From the IMG/VR virus record IMGVR_UViG_3300043427_001796: DNA of 64,000 nt, one strand, 5' to 3'. Numbering within the stretch: the stretch's first letter is position 1; every line of letters begins with the position of its first letter. This document shows, piece after piece, positions 7,508 to 19,500 of the stretch. The position numbers and the translations under genes were made by a program. Below the pieces are notes generated by a model. That model was not told the DNA's origin. It was given only the letters and a program-made list of their open reading frames with translations, and did no database searches. This DNA comes from a virus.

Positions 7508-7898
7508 TTATTTTCGCTCATCATATGATTTGGGTGAGCAATTTACAAATGTAGTGTGTCAAACCAAAGACATTGAAGATGGTATTGGTGGCACAATGAC
7601 TGACTATTGGTTAGATCCAAATGGAGTTCTATGGTATCCTGATTATCGGGGAACAAATACATTTGAGATTATTGAAGAGGACGATCCAAGATATGATCCC
7701 AAGATGAAGTTTTTAAACTTTGAATGGGTTCCTACCGGACAACATGGTAGATATGTTCCCTGTTTAATTACAAAATATGTTGAAGTACATGTGGCAAATT
7801 GGAAAGGATCATGGGAAACATGGCCACGATTAAAATTACATTTCAAACGAGGAATACTACAGGACTACGAGGATATCACACATGAACGAAGTAATTGA
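7494..7898 (+). CDS. Hypothetical protein
   Basis: MGMFDY...QTKD-type conserved phage ORF. Confidence 0.7.
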   Translation: MGMFDYFRSSYDLGEQFTNVVCQTKDIEDGIGGTMTDYWLDPNGVLWYPDYRGTNTFEIIEEDDPRYDPKMKFLNFEWVPTGQHGRYVPCLITKYVEVHVANWKGSWETWPRLKLHFKRGILQDYEDITHERSN

Positions 7899-8076
7899 AG
7901 TTACACAAGAAGAGTTTGAAGAAAACTTTGAAGAGTATATGGATAAGATAGAGAAGGACAAGCAGTACTTTATGATCAGAATGCCTGATGGTAGAGCAGT
8001 TGCTGCCGTTCCAGCTCTTGACATTGCCGACAAGGAGTGGTATGATATGATGACAGACCACGATGATGCTCCATGA
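7882..8076 (+). CDS. Small acidic protein, Phd/YefM-like N-terminal fold possible
   Basis: VTQEEFEENFEEYMDKIE...FMIRMPDGRAVAAVP pattern. Confidence 0.55.
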   Translation: MNEVIEVTQEEFEENFEEYMDKIEKDKQYFMIRMPDGRAVAAVPALDIADKEWYDMMTDHDDAP

Positions 8077-8297
8077 AAATCTTACTTGAAAGATTCCCCT
8101 ATCGTTATGTTGAATGTGGTACACTAGATAATGGTCATCCAGACTTTAGAATTCAGAAGATGAATTCTTACACGAATAGATATAAAGACATGTATCTATG
8201 TGATAATTCTCTTCAAATGTCAACTGCAATTGAAGATTTTGAATACACCAAATGGTTAGATCCTGATGGTGTTCCTGCTTACAGGAAATATACTTAA
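8073..8297 (+). CDS. Conserved cyanophage hypothetical protein
   Basis: LERFPYRYVECG...YLCDN...EDFEYTKWLDP. Confidence 0.7.
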   Translation: MKILLERFPYRYVECGTLDNGHPDFRIQKMNSYTNRYKDMYLCDNSLQMSTAIEDFEYTKWLDPDGVPAYRKYT

Positions 8298-8313
8298 GTC
8301 TTCGGACTTTTCT

Positions 8314-8384
8314 GCGGGTGTGGTGTAGCGGTAACATGCGAGCCTTCCAAGCTCTTGTCACGGGTTCGATCCCCGTCACCCGCT
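8314..8384 (+). tRNA. tRNA-Gly(UCC)
   Basis: GCGGGUG/CACCCGC, loop CUUCCAA. Confidence 0.95.
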
Positions 8385-8395
8385 TATAATGACTT

Positions 8396-8403
8396 TATAA
8401 ATA
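8396..8403 (+). promoter_or_regulatory. T4 late promoter TATAAATA
   Basis: Exact consensus at the head of the structural block. Confidence 0.8.
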
Positions 8404-8434
8404 ACTAGAAGGAATAGTATATTGCGGGAAGAAT

Positions 8435-11400
8435 ATGTCCCTTATTAAAGTCAATAGTTTAGCTTCGCTAGATGGTGCAGTAACAAGAGAAGTTACTGCT
8501 AATACTGGACTAACAATTCCAGCTGGCGAAGATCTGAAGGTATCTGGATCTATCATTGATAGTACTGGAAGTGATGGTAACACAGGTCAGTATCTTACTG
8601 CCATTAATGGTGGTTCACAGGTATCCTGGACTTCTCTTCCGCAAGCAATTTCTCCAACATCTGATGTAACATTTAAAAATGTTCTTATCACTGGAAATTT
8701 AGAAGTTCAGGGTGCAACTGAGTTTAATCTTTCTCAGTTTACTACGTTTGATCTTGCTGAAGGAACTAATTTATATTTTACTAATGAGAGAGTTGATGAT
8801 AGAGTAGCGGCTTTAATTCAAGGTGGCACTGGTATTACTGTTAACTATAATGATTCTGGAAATATACTTTCTATTTCTGCTGATTCTGCCATTGAATTCA
8901 ATGATCTAAGCGTAAACAATACTGCTAATCAAACTGGAGATCCTGAGACAACTGGATACGGTTCCTTCTCTTACAATAATTCTGGAGTCTTTACATACGT
9001 TGGTCCAAAGAGATCTGATTTTCGTGCAGCATTAAGTCCAAGTAATAATGGTGGATTTGGTTCGCTTACTTATAGTGCATCGACAGGAATATTTCAATAT
9101 ACTGGTATAACACAGACAGAAATTAGACAATCAGTATCTGTTTCTAATGTGTCTGGATATGGATCACTAAGTTATAGTGCAACTGGAACTAATGCTGGTC
9201 AAATTAGATTTACTGGTGTATCAGATTCACAGATTAGACAGAGATTTAGCACAGTTGGAGGTAATCCAAATAACACTGGTTTAACAGAAACTGATAATGC
9301 TTATTCTTGGGGTAGTATCAATTTAGATACTGGAACAGGACAACTATCATACGCAGGTATCACAACACAAGATATTCGCAGTTTGTTTACTGCCACTGGT
9401 AGTTTAAGTTATAATTCTTCTAGCGGAACTTTTGATTATGTTGCTGCTGCTGTTCCAGGATCTGAAATTTATCAGGGTATTAATACATCTCCAAACTTTA
9501 CTACTGGAGATGTAACTGATAGTATTCAAAATTTACATGTAAATAATGCTGCATATCAATTAGTAAATATTCAATCAATTGTAGTTTCATCTACCGTTAA
9601 TCCCGATGGAACTAGAAATGCTACTGTAAATGCAACAGGGCATGAATATCTTGCTGGTGATAGGGTTAAAATTTTCAACACTAGTAATCCGCATCTAGAT
9701 GGAATTTACATAGTTCAAAGTATAAACACGGCAACATCATTTGTAATTAAATCATCCAATGTTCCTAATGCAACATATCAAGGAAAGAGTGTTGCGGTAA
9801 ACAGTTTAGTTCCTGGATCTGGTTATACAAATGGAACTGCTGTATCAACAACATCACCAAATGGATCTGGATTAACCGTTAATATTACAACAAATTCTGG
9901 TCAAGTTAGTAGTGTAACAATTAATAATCAGGGTAATGGAAATTATAAGAATGGTGATGTTGTAACAATTGTTCAGGGAGCAAATACTAACGCATCTTTT
10001 GTTGTAAATGTATCAGAATCTAAGAGACAATCCACATTTACAGGAGACCTAGTAATTGAAGGATCTCTTAATGTTAATGGTTCTAAAATTGGATTGTCTG
10101 ATCTATTTGTTGGAACTAATTTAATTAGATTGAATTCCGATTTACCAGATAGCGAAATTCCATCTGGTCTTGGTGATGATGATGCTGTAATTCAAGTAAA
10201 CCGAGGATCACTTTTAGATACAGCATTAAGATGGAGTGAGTCAGATGGTAGATGGCAGTTTACAAATGATGGTGTAAACTATAATAATATGCTATTGCCT
10301 TCGGAAACCGACTTTGGTGCTCCGGAAGAATTTGGAGCAAGTGGTGATCCAAATAGATATAATGTCAGCGCAATTACAAGCGTAAATATCAGTGGATTGT
10401 CTAGAGTTGTTGTTACAGTTCCAGACGCCAGTAAATTTAAACCAAATCATAACGTTAAAATTTATGGTGTAAGCAGCACACAAAATCTCTCGACTAAATT
10501 TGGAACTGTTCCTGCTCCACAATCAACCGTTGCATCTAATCCTCTACCAACCGGCAATCGTTGGTGCTATGTGTATGTTACAGCTGTATTTGATACTGAG
10601 ACTGGAGATGTCTCTGGATGTGCCGTTCCATCAACTAATCAAATTGTATTTAACAATAGTCCAGATAATTTAAACGAAGAAAATTACAACACGATCGCAC
10701 TACAGAGACAAAATTCTCGCCAATCTGTTTTGGTATATAGATTTGCAGCTGCTGACCCAGGATCTGATCTTCAACCAGCACTTAATGCAAGAACAGATCT
10801 TATTGGCGGATTGAATAGAGATAATTTTAAATTGATTGCGGTTGTTGGTGCAAAGTATTTTTCTGGTGGAAACAACGTCCAGTATCAGGATTACGGTAGT
10901 TATGACGTAACAACAAATAGTTTAAGAGGTGATGATGGTTCATTTGGAAGTAACCCATCAAATCCTAGAGAAGACGAAATCCATATTCCACATTCACCAA
11001 ACTATCCAGGGCAGCATAGACATGGATTTGTTTCTTCGGATATTTTAAATATAAATCTGGCAACAAATCAAGTAACTTTAAGAGGTGCTATATGGTCGGA
11101 AGAACCACTTTCTGATCCGGATGAAAATGTTGTAACTCTTTATAATAACATCGGAACAGAAAGTGTTTACATGTATCATGATGATACTAAACCATTACAA
11201 AATGCAATCAATTCTGCTAAGTTTAATGGAAGAGATTTCCTAGTTATTCCTGGAGGAACATATTTAATTAGACAATTAGTAATCCCAGATAGATTTACTC
11301 TAAGAGGGTTAGCAGATGCTACTATATTACATAGACAATATTGGAATACTGAGGGAATTACCGATACTAGTTCATCAGCTGATGGACAGCGTGGTAATAT

Positions 11401-12682
11401 GCTTAAATCTATTAATTTTGATGGTTCTGACGTTGGCACAGAAGGTGCTCTAGATTGCTCTCTTGGAGACATTGTATTTGATGGATCTGCTAAATTCCAA
11501 GTTCTTGGTCCATTGTCAAACTTTGATACTGGAACAGAAACGCAAACTAATGATGCAGTAATTAATGCAATTAATAGTAAGTTCTTTAGGATGACTAATG
11601 TTAAAATTAGACAATCTGCTGGTCCTGCTTTAGTTGCAGGAGGATCCGAAAACTTATCAATTGATAGTTGTGTATTCTACAATGGTGCTGATGTTGAAAG
11701 ATTTGCAACTCCTTGTATTGTTGCTGATGAAGGAGATACAACTATCATATCTAGCTGTGTATTCCGAGATTTCCCTGGACCAGTAATTCTCAACTCGACA
11801 AATGTACTCGCTGTTAATGGATGCACAATCAGAAATTGTGGAACCGGATTAAGAATTTATGGAGCAAGTAAAACTGACGTATTAAACAACTTGATTCTTG
11901 GTCCTGCCGACGAATGGATTCCTGTTCCTGATAGTTATGATAGCGATTTTAATGGCGTCAATTTAATTGTTCAACAAGGTGCTTCTGATAATTTCACTCC
12001 AGTATTACAATATATTGAAAATGGTTCTGGAGTAGATCTTTCAAATGTAAATATCAGAGCACAAGTGTTACCAGTTTCTGTTTCTGGAGGTGTAGAAACT
12101 ATTAACTTCCTGAGTCCTATATTATTGAATGGAGTTGATGTAATTCAGTATCAACCTTCTGGAATTATTAATGGTCAATTGGCAACTACTGACCCTACTA
12201 TTGGTCAAGTTTTATTTAATATCGGTCAGGCGGGAGCAAATGCAATTATTGCTTCTAATCCTCCCGGTCCAAATCAGTATAATGTATACCGAGCATTTGG
12301 TATCAGATATGTTGATGTTGGATCTGATGTCAATTTTACAATTATTTCTGGAGAAGTTCAGTCGGGTAATTATAAATTAACTGTATCTAAAGTTTTATAT
12401 GATGCAGTATCACAAGGATCTTATATTAAAATATCCAGTTCACACACCTACAATCCAAATGTTACAGCAACTGGAACTCTAATATGGGAAGTCATTACTA
12501 AGGCGGTCACTACAGGACCAACTTATGTGCTAACTCTTTCGGCAAGATCCGAAGATTCATTGGGTGTTATTGGAGCTGCCACTGGCACTTTAACCACTGT
12601 CGGAACTAATGCAGTCAATGGATATGCCTCTATTAGAAACACATTTACTATCGCAAAAGGTATAGTTGGTATTAGTTTCTAA
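8435..12682 (+). CDS. Virion tail fibre/spike protein with right-handed beta-helix (pectate-lyase-like) domain
   Basis: DLAEGTNLYFT motif, GxGSLSY repeats, DDTKPLQNAI...IPGGTYLI...TLRG beta-helix start. Confidence 0.75.
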   Translation: MSLIKVNSLASLDGAVTREVTANTGLTIPAGEDLKVSGSIIDSTGSDGNTGQYLTAINGGSQVSWTSLPQAISPTSDVTFKNVLITGNLEVQGATEFNLSQFTTFDLAEGTNLYFTNERVDDRVAALIQGGTGITVNYNDSGNILSISADSAIEFNDLSVNNTANQTGDPETTGYGSFSYNNSGVFTYVGPKRSDFRAALSPSNNGGFGSLTYSASTGIFQYTGITQTEIRQSVSVSNVSGYGSLSYSATGTNAGQIRFTGVSDSQIRQRFSTVGGNPNNTGLTETDNAYSWGSINLDTGTGQLSYAGITTQDIRSLFTATGSLSYNSSSGTFDYVAAAVPGSEIYQGINTSPNFTTGDVTDSIQNLHVNNAAYQLVNIQSIVVSSTVNPDGTRNATVNATGHEYLAGDRVKIFNTSNPHLDGIYIVQSINTATSFVIKSSNVPNATYQGKSVAVNSLVPGSGYTNGTAVSTTSPNGSGLTVNITTNSGQVSSVTINNQGNGNYKNGDVVTIVQGANTNASFVVNVSESKRQSTFTGDLVIEGSLNVNGSKIGLSDLFVGTNLIRLNSDLPDSEIPSGLGDDDAVIQVNRGSLLDTALRWSESDGRWQFTNDGVNYNNMLLPSETDFGAPEEFGASGDPNRYNVSAITSVNISGLSRVVVTVPDASKFKPNHNVKIYGVSSTQNLSTKFGTVPAPQSTVASNPLPTGNRWCYVYVTAVFDTETGDVSGCAVPSTNQIVFNNSPDNLNEENYNTIALQRQNSRQSVLVYRFAAADPGSDLQPALNARTDLIGGLNRDNFKLIAVVGAKYFSGGNNVQYQDYGSYDVTTNSLRGDDGSFGSNPSNPREDEIHIPHSPNYPGQHRHGFVSSDILNINLATNQVTLRGAIWSEEPLSDPDENVVTLYNNIGTESVYMYHDDTKPLQNAINSAKFNGRDFLVIPGGTYLIRQLVIPDRFTLRGLADATILHRQYWNTEGITDTSSSADGQRGNMLKSINFDGSDVGTEGALDCSLGDIVFDGSAKFQVLGPLSNFDTGTETQTNDAVINAINSKFFRMTNVKIRQSAGPALVAGGSENLSIDSCVFYNGADVERFATPCIVADEGDTTIISSCVFRDFPGPVILNSTNVLAVNGCTIRNCGTGLRIYGASKTDVLNNLILGPADEWIPVPDSYDSDFNGVNLIVQQGASDNFTPVLQYIENGSGVDLSNVNIRAQVLPVSVSGGVETINFLSPILLNGVDVIQYQPSGIINGQLATTDPTIGQVLFNIGQAGANAIIASNPPGPNQYNVYRAFGIRYVDVGSDVNFTIISGEVQSGNYKLTVSKVLYDAVSQGSYIKISSSHTYNPNVTATGTLIWEVITKAVTTGPTYVLTLSARSEDSLGVIGAATGTLTTVGTNAVNGYASIRNTFTIAKGIVGISF

Positions 12683-12683
12683 T

Positions 12684-12691
12684 TATAAATA
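12684..12691 (+). promoter_or_regulatory. T4 late promoter TATAAATA
   Basis: Exact consensus. Confidence 0.8.
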
Positions 12692-12728
12692 ACAGAAGAG
12701 AACTAGTAATCACCATCGAGGAATAACC

Positions 12729-15700
12729 ATGGCTACAGGTGTAAATAATAATGCCGCTGTTGTTGTAGTTGGAAGAACTGCTCCAGTTCCTCCTGGTCAA
12801 CAGACATCAGCAAATTCTGTGCCAGTTGTTGTTGCAAGCGATCAAACTGCCATTCCGGTTGAAGAACAAAATAAGCAACAGTCTGAGGTTGCTCTGTCAC
12901 TCTTAGGTATTCCTAGATCTGAAGTTGCTTTAGGTATATTCGCAGATGTTAATACATATGATGTTAACCCAACAGAATGGTCTCAGTTCCCAGAGCAATT
13001 TACTTCTGCAGAAATTTTTCAAAGTGATGGAGTCACTCTCAGACCAAAGTATGCGGGATTAATTGGAGATGCTGATTGGGGTTTAACTCACATTGCAGAA
13101 GAAGCTGGTGCTATGATTGAGGCACCATCAGATGAATACACTATTCTAACTTCAAAGCGTTTCTTTAGGTATCAACCAGGCCGTGTTTCTGCAGCTACCT
13201 TTGGTGTTAAACTAACTAGAGCACCATATACTGTTACTGATAATGCTACTACTGGAGTTGCAATTAAGAATCCAGCAATTAAAAAGTATGGCATCTTTGA
13301 TAAATTTGATGGGTATTACTTTGAATCAAGAAACGATGGTCGTGGCGATAATTTTACTGTTGTAAGAAGAACACAATCAATTATTCGTGACAATCCTCTT
13401 CCATTTGGATCTGTTTCTGGGGCACAAGATCAAGATTATGCTTGGACTGGTATTCCTCAAATCCAAACTTCCAGTCCAACATATCCAGTTGCGTATAGAT
13501 TACTTGAGGCTAACAAACCATATTTACAAGAACTTGCTGCTACAAGTATAACTTTAGCAGGAGATGCTCCAAAATGTAGAAAGGACTCTGGACTTATTAT
13601 TGAAGGTATTCTACATGATTTGAAGTATGGTGGAAATGCTTCTACTGTTTATAATACATTAAGATTTTTTAATACAAATGTTCCTGGAACTGTTTCATTA
13701 TATGTCCAAAGTGGAATTGGATCTAAAACAGCAAATGATGAGATAGCAAGATATGATGTTATCCTTGATGCCATTAAGGATATTTTTGCTGGAAATGCTC
13801 CAAATACAACAAGAACAACTACGCCACTTACAATCAGTCGTGGTGGTGATATAGGAAGTGTCACTTATGTTTCTAGAACTACATTAGGTATACCTTCGAC
13901 TGGTATTGGTGTTATAGAATCGGGAGCATCTTCCGCAGTAGACAATCTTTTAAACAATATTTTACTGAGAGCTCTCGGTAAATTTGATACAGATTTTAAC
14001 TATTCTTCTATCCCAACAAGTCCAACTGGATCTTCGGCTGGAGAGTTAACTCTTCTTAGAGATGGATTAGTGATGGTTCATGCAGCAGCATTTGATCCTT
14101 CTTTATTAAAAGCAAGAGTTAACTATGAAATTGTCAATCTTATTGATGGCAATACATCCAAATATTTAAAAGTAAAAGTTCCTGCAGGAGCAGAGTTATT
14201 ACAAATTGGTCAGGGATTTACTTTTGAAACAAATGGAGTTAATGTAGATTTGAGAGATACTGGATCCTCTGCTCTTGTTAAAGATGGCAGTATTTGGTAT
14301 GTTTCTGAATTCACAACTGGACAACTTGACATAAAGCAAAGAGTTGAGACAGTAAGTGGATCACAAAACATTTATCAGTATATAAGATTTTCTAGATATC
14401 CAGGAAATGAAGAGATTTATGGATCAGGAAACACAACAAATCCATGGGCAAGTGATTCCACGAAAGCATATGGAGATATTGAAGTTTTTGATCTTGATGC
14501 AGTTAGACAGAATGGTTCTGATGTTTCTTTAGGAACTGCGATTGGTTCTGAATCTGGAGAGAATTCTACGATAGTAAATCTTGGATTATCATTAAGAACT
14601 CCAACCGTATTTGTTCTTCCATCTGATGAAAGAACCTATGCTGGTCGTCAATATAGTGATGAAACTAGACCAGGACAGGAAGGATTCCCAGAACAATATG
14701 TGGATGGTGCTTTCCCATACGTTTATCCTCCTGCTCAGTCAGCAGCAACAAATTCTGTTGGATACATAGATTCTGTTTTCAATAATACTGACGATATTAA
14801 AGGACAAATTAATTATGTAAATAAGAGACTTTACAAGAACTGGGTTTGGTTCAATGTGGATCCTAAGTATTATAAAGTTTATGAGTATAGAGTTCCTCGC
14901 TCCAGAATGAGTCAGGAAAAATTAAACGGAACAACAACTAAAGTCGTTTACAGTGATAATGTTCTATCAAATAAAGCTGGATCTGATGTATTAGATCCAA
15001 CAACAAATGAACAAATAACTTATAATAGTATTTGGGAATTAGATCCAACAAAAGTAACCATGTATAAGATTGAATTCTCCTGGTATGGTGCTGTTGGTGC
15101 AACATTCTTAGCCTATGTTCCAGTAGAAAATAATGAAGCAAGATGGGTGAGAGTTCATCACCTTAGAGCATCTAACCAGTTGAAGGTTGCTTCACTTGGT
15201 AACGCTACTCTTCCAATCACATATATGTGTTACGGAGGCGGCAATGAGAATGCTTATGGATATTTAAATGCAGATCGTAGACTTAATAGTGAGTCTGGGT
15301 ATGGATCTACATCAGAGCAGTTAACCAAGTATGGTGCTTCATACTATATTGATGGTGGAGATAGAGGAACTGTAAGACTATTCTCATATGCTTCGGAAAC
15401 TCTTAAGGAGATTGGCGGATCTAGATACGTATTCGATGAGATTAATCATAGTGGTGCAGGGGCAATGCATACATTTGCAGGGAATGGTCAGGATAATACT
15501 CCTGGATCTGGATATGTAAATGCTCCTTATTTACAATTTAACGGAAGTGCTACTGAATTTTTTGGAAATGGTTCTTCTGCCAACAGACCTCCAATTAGTG
15601 ATTATTATATGAATGCAAAAGTCATCACCACAAATCCAACAGATCAAGATGTTAGAGTATCGTTTGTGGATCCAGTAAATAAAAAACTTTATTTGACTAG

Positions 15701-16562
15701 GACTATCAATGCAACTTCTGGCAGTATCAGTCTTGTTGTTAGAAGACCTCAACCACTAGTTGGAATTAAGTGCAGAACTGAAATTAATGGCGTGAGAAAT
15801 AGAGTTCAAATTTATCCAACTCGTCTCGCTACTGGTGTTACATCTGATTCTGAGTCTTTAGCTGTTGAATTAATTAAAACTCCTGCGTTCCAGACATTTG
15901 ATAATCCTGGAGTTGGAAGTAGTTTTGCAGTTAGTGCTAGTAATGGTATTAATATTGGAAAGAGAGGTAAAAGAATTCTTCTTCCTGATGCAAGCATTCA
16001 AGTTACTGGTGGAGATTATTTACAACCTGGACAAAGAGTATATGGATGGTTTAGATATACTGTTCTAGGAGATACTTCTGGTCAGGCATTCACTACACTA
16101 GGAATTTTGGATAGATCTTCAGATACTGGTAAGTATTATTTTTCTGCATATGAAGTAACAATTGATGAGATTATCATCAGAGGAAAATTCTTAATTGCGG
16201 GAAGATGGGGAGGACCATCTGGTGATAATGGAGCTCCAGTAAATCCTGATTTGAGTGGTGTGACTCAACCATTCCCAACCTCTACATTGGCAAGATTGTC
16301 TGCTATCGAAACAGATACTGAACAAAGAAGTCCAATTCCAGGAACTGGAACTACTATAACCACTATTTTCTCTCCAAATTCTGGAGAAGAATATCAACTT
16401 TCTCCATACTTCGATTACAATAAAGATTATCTTTCTTTCCCATTAACCGATGTTCAGGAGACATTATATATCTGTGCTTCTTCCAAGTCTACATACTTAC
16501 AGGGAACTAATTACGCAGCTCGCGGGAACATACTCGCCAGCATTACTTGGGAGGAACAGTGA
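12729..16562 (+). CDS. Large virion structural protein
   Basis: 1277 aa; FRYQPGR and MYKIEFSWYG motifs; late promoter and GAGGA SD. Confidence 0.8.
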   Translation: MATGVNNNAAVVVVGRTAPVPPGQQTSANSVPVVVASDQTAIPVEEQNKQQSEVALSLLGIPRSEVALGIFADVNTYDVNPTEWSQFPEQFTSAEIFQSDGVTLRPKYAGLIGDADWGLTHIAEEAGAMIEAPSDEYTILTSKRFFRYQPGRVSAATFGVKLTRAPYTVTDNATTGVAIKNPAIKKYGIFDKFDGYYFESRNDGRGDNFTVVRRTQSIIRDNPLPFGSVSGAQDQDYAWTGIPQIQTSSPTYPVAYRLLEANKPYLQELAATSITLAGDAPKCRKDSGLIIEGILHDLKYGGNASTVYNTLRFFNTNVPGTVSLYVQSGIGSKTANDEIARYDVILDAIKDIFAGNAPNTTRTTTPLTISRGGDIGSVTYVSRTTLGIPSTGIGVIESGASSAVDNLLNNILLRALGKFDTDFNYSSIPTSPTGSSAGELTLLRDGLVMVHAAAFDPSLLKARVNYEIVNLIDGNTSKYLKVKVPAGAELLQIGQGFTFETNGVNVDLRDTGSSALVKDGSIWYVSEFTTGQLDIKQRVETVSGSQNIYQYIRFSRYPGNEEIYGSGNTTNPWASDSTKAYGDIEVFDLDAVRQNGSDVSLGTAIGSESGENSTIVNLGLSLRTPTVFVLPSDERTYAGRQYSDETRPGQEGFPEQYVDGAFPYVYPPAQSAATNSVGYIDSVFNNTDDIKGQINYVNKRLYKNWVWFNVDPKYYKVYEYRVPRSRMSQEKLNGTTTKVVYSDNVLSNKAGSDVLDPTTNEQITYNSIWELDPTKVTMYKIEFSWYGAVGATFLAYVPVENNEARWVRVHHLRASNQLKVASLGNATLPITYMCYGGGNENAYGYLNADRRLNSESGYGSTSEQLTKYGASYYIDGGDRGTVRLFSYASETLKEIGGSRYVFDEINHSGAGAMHTFAGNGQDNTPGSGYVNAPYLQFNGSATEFFGNGSSANRPPISDYYMNAKVITTNPTDQDVRVSFVDPVNKKLYLTRTINATSGSISLVVRRPQPLVGIKCRTEINGVRNRVQIYPTRLATGVTSDSESLAVELIKTPAFQTFDNPGVGSSFAVSASNGINIGKRGKRILLPDASIQVTGGDYLQPGQRVYGWFRYTVLGDTSGQAFTTLGILDRSSDTGKYYFSAYEVTIDEIIIRGKFLIAGRWGGPSGDNGAPVNPDLSGVTQPFPTSTLARLSAIETDTEQRSPIPGTGTTITTIFSPNSGEEYQLSPYFDYNKDYLSFPLTDVQETLYICASSKSTYLQGTNYAARGNILASITWEEQ

Positions 16563-16565
16563 TAT

Positions 16566-19500
16566 ATGTCTGGATTAGATATTAGAATAGGGCACGACAA
16601 GCAACCAGCTCCGGTTGTGCCCAGTAATCAACCACTTTATAATTTACAAACAGGACAAGTTTTAACAGACTCTGGCGGAACAATTCTTGTATCAGAACAA
16701 AATATAACTTTATCATCTGAAGCAGTATCTTCCAAAGCAACATCAATTGTTTTTACTGATGAGGGTAAAACTTTCAAACAAATTGATTATAGATTAACTG
16801 GAAAAAATTTCTTTATATTAAATGATAGCATACTTTCTATAGAAGTTATAAATCCTGGTGGGGGATTTGTTAATGGTGGGGATTTTGTTCTCTCTTCTGA
16901 TGGCGATGGAAACGGAGTTGTTACTTATATTGTAGATTCTCTAACCGGATCTTTAAGTAGTATCATTCCGAAAACCGGATCAAGTGGAAGTAATTATGTA
17001 GCAGGAACACAATTCACAATTCCATCCCCATCCGGACAACCATTAAACAATGCTGTTGCTAGAATTACTGGAGTTGGAACGTTAGTTTCCGGAGAAGGAA
17101 CTAAATTCACATCGGAATTGCAAATAAAAAATAAATTAGTTCTTCCTACTGGTGAACTAGTTGGGGTTGTTACTGGTAAAGGTGTTCCCGCAATAGTTTC
17201 TGCTGGTAATTCTTATAATCAAGGTGATATAGTAAAAGCCGCTACTGGTGATGGATTAGTAATTAGAGTTGATAGTGTTGGTAATGGTCAAATAGCTTCC
17301 TATACTATCATTCAAGGTGGTAAAGGATACGTTACTGGAACGGTAACTTTAAATACAGGAACTGCTTCTGGAAGCACCCCCGCACAAATTAATATTATTG
17401 CTAGCACAGTGCCAGCAAATGAACTTAGATCTGTTTCTTCTGTTCAAGATGATTCTACTGTATTTTTATCACTTGCCGTAACAAATCAAAAACCATTGGT
17501 TAGTGTAGGTGTTGGAAAATTCTCTGGCGTTGGTGCAATTTATCGTAGAGACACTAGACAAGTTGATCCAGTTTTACCTATAGAAGAACAGTTTCCTTTA
17601 TTCAGTGAAGTTAGTTCTAGTATTCTTGGAATTCCTAAAGCAGAAACACAGTTAGGATTATTTTCTAATGTTTCTACTTATGGATTGGACAATGATGATT
17701 TTCTTTTTTATAGCACAGATCCATCTGAAAATAGTCCCTTTGAATGGGTTACTAGAAGAAACAGAGAATACGGAAAGCACTATAGAAGCACTTACATAGA
17801 AGGAAAAGAGGAATCTGCAATTATTATTGGATCATATCCACAGTCTTATTCCTATTCTTATCCTCCAGGTCCATCCTCAACAACATCAGTAACTAGTACA
17901 AGTCATAAGAAATTTTGTAACTTCATTAAGTTAGGAATGTTACTTTATGATTATTTTAAACCAACATCACCATCTCCAGCAAGAGGAGATGGCGCAGCGA
18001 CTTCAGGATTAACTGATACTGGGTATGCATTAAACTTCTTTCCTTACGTTGCAAGTTTTGCTTCTACAGACTTGGAATATGTTTTAGGGGATGATCCTAG
18101 AATAACAAACAAACAATTCCCATACTATGATAATAATGAAGCTCTGATCAGTCCATTTTTAGCAGGGGAAAACATTTATTACATTGGTGATACTGTAGAT
18201 GGAGTTCCAAAACCGGGAGTTGAACCGATAGGAACATTAAGAACATATAGTTTATTTGATGGAACTATACATTTTAATGAAGATGTTGGATTTTTATGGA
18301 CGGAATGGAAAAATCGTCCGGGAACTACTAATGATACTTACTTCACTGTAATTGGCGAAACTAGTAAATCGACGGTTAATATTAATGGTGACATGCAGTT
18401 CAAGTCTCCAGGATTGATGTTTAGGAATTTAGTTTTCCCCTTGAATCAAGCATATAATACTTTTGGAGATTTATGTAATCAGTGCGATACGTTAGAAACA
18501 TCTTGGAAAAAATTAAATAGATTACAATTAACTATTCCAGGTCAAGGATTACTGACTCCCAATGACGTAGAAAATTTACCTGATATTGTTAAGTATATTA
18601 TAGGAATTGATTTTGGAATCGGATTAACAATATCCCCAATCAATGATTCTTTGCCTGGAGCAGGACCAGCATCTGTATCTAGAGCTTTTTTAATATCAAG
18701 AAAAGCATTTAGATATCAACCCGGTAGAATTAGTGGATATACTTTTGGTGTTCGTGCATCTGGAGATGCTACTACTAATGCCGTTAGATTGGAATGGGGA
18801 ATCTCAAATGACACTGATGAACTGGTCTTCCAAGTGGAAGGTGCAAATATTAATATAGTGAGACGAAGTGTAGTTCCATTATCAGATTCTGTAATGGAAA
18901 GAAATATATTAAATCCTGGATCTCCAGACTTTAAAACATTTAGAGAGTCAACATATGCAGATATTCTCACTGATGAAAATACATCAGTAGCACAAAAAAT
19001 TGATGCTATAGAACCATATTTTGATGGCGATCAAATCATAACAACACTTGATAGTAATAATGATGCTCAAGGTGGTGGAGATAGCACTTTCTCAGGACTT
19101 ATAGACAAGCCGGTATTTGAAACTAAAATACCAAGAGATTTGTGGAATGGCGATCCACTTAATGGTAATGGTCCATCCGGATGGAATTTGAAGATAGAAG
19201 ACGTTACCATGTATAAGATTGAATTCGGATGGTATGGTGCCATTGGAGTTAAATTTTATGTTTATGTTCCGGTCAATAATAATGAAGCTAGATGGGTTGC
19301 TGTTCATACTTTAGTAATTGAAAATTCCATCGGAAGACCTTCTATGGGTGATCCATACTTTAAGTTTAAGTATGCTGTTGTTAATGAGGGTCCGGCATCG
19401 GTTGACACTCCACAGTTTGTGTATAAGTATGGAACGTCTTGCTATATTGATGGCGGAGATGATGGAACAATTAAAGTTAATTCTGTTACTAGTGAACCAA

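Noticed and set aside
7882-8297. Phd-like ORF plus downstream ORF as a toxin-antitoxin pair
   Set aside because: The downstream protein shows no RelE, PIN or Doc motif, and the Phd resemblance is weak.
16560-16568. In-frame TGA-TAT-ATG (and TAA-ATG at 26855-26860) as stop read-through or recoding
   Set aside because: Upstream proteins end at plausible termini (WEEQ matches the paralog's IEQQ), no suppressor tRNA is present, and all three stops are used normally.
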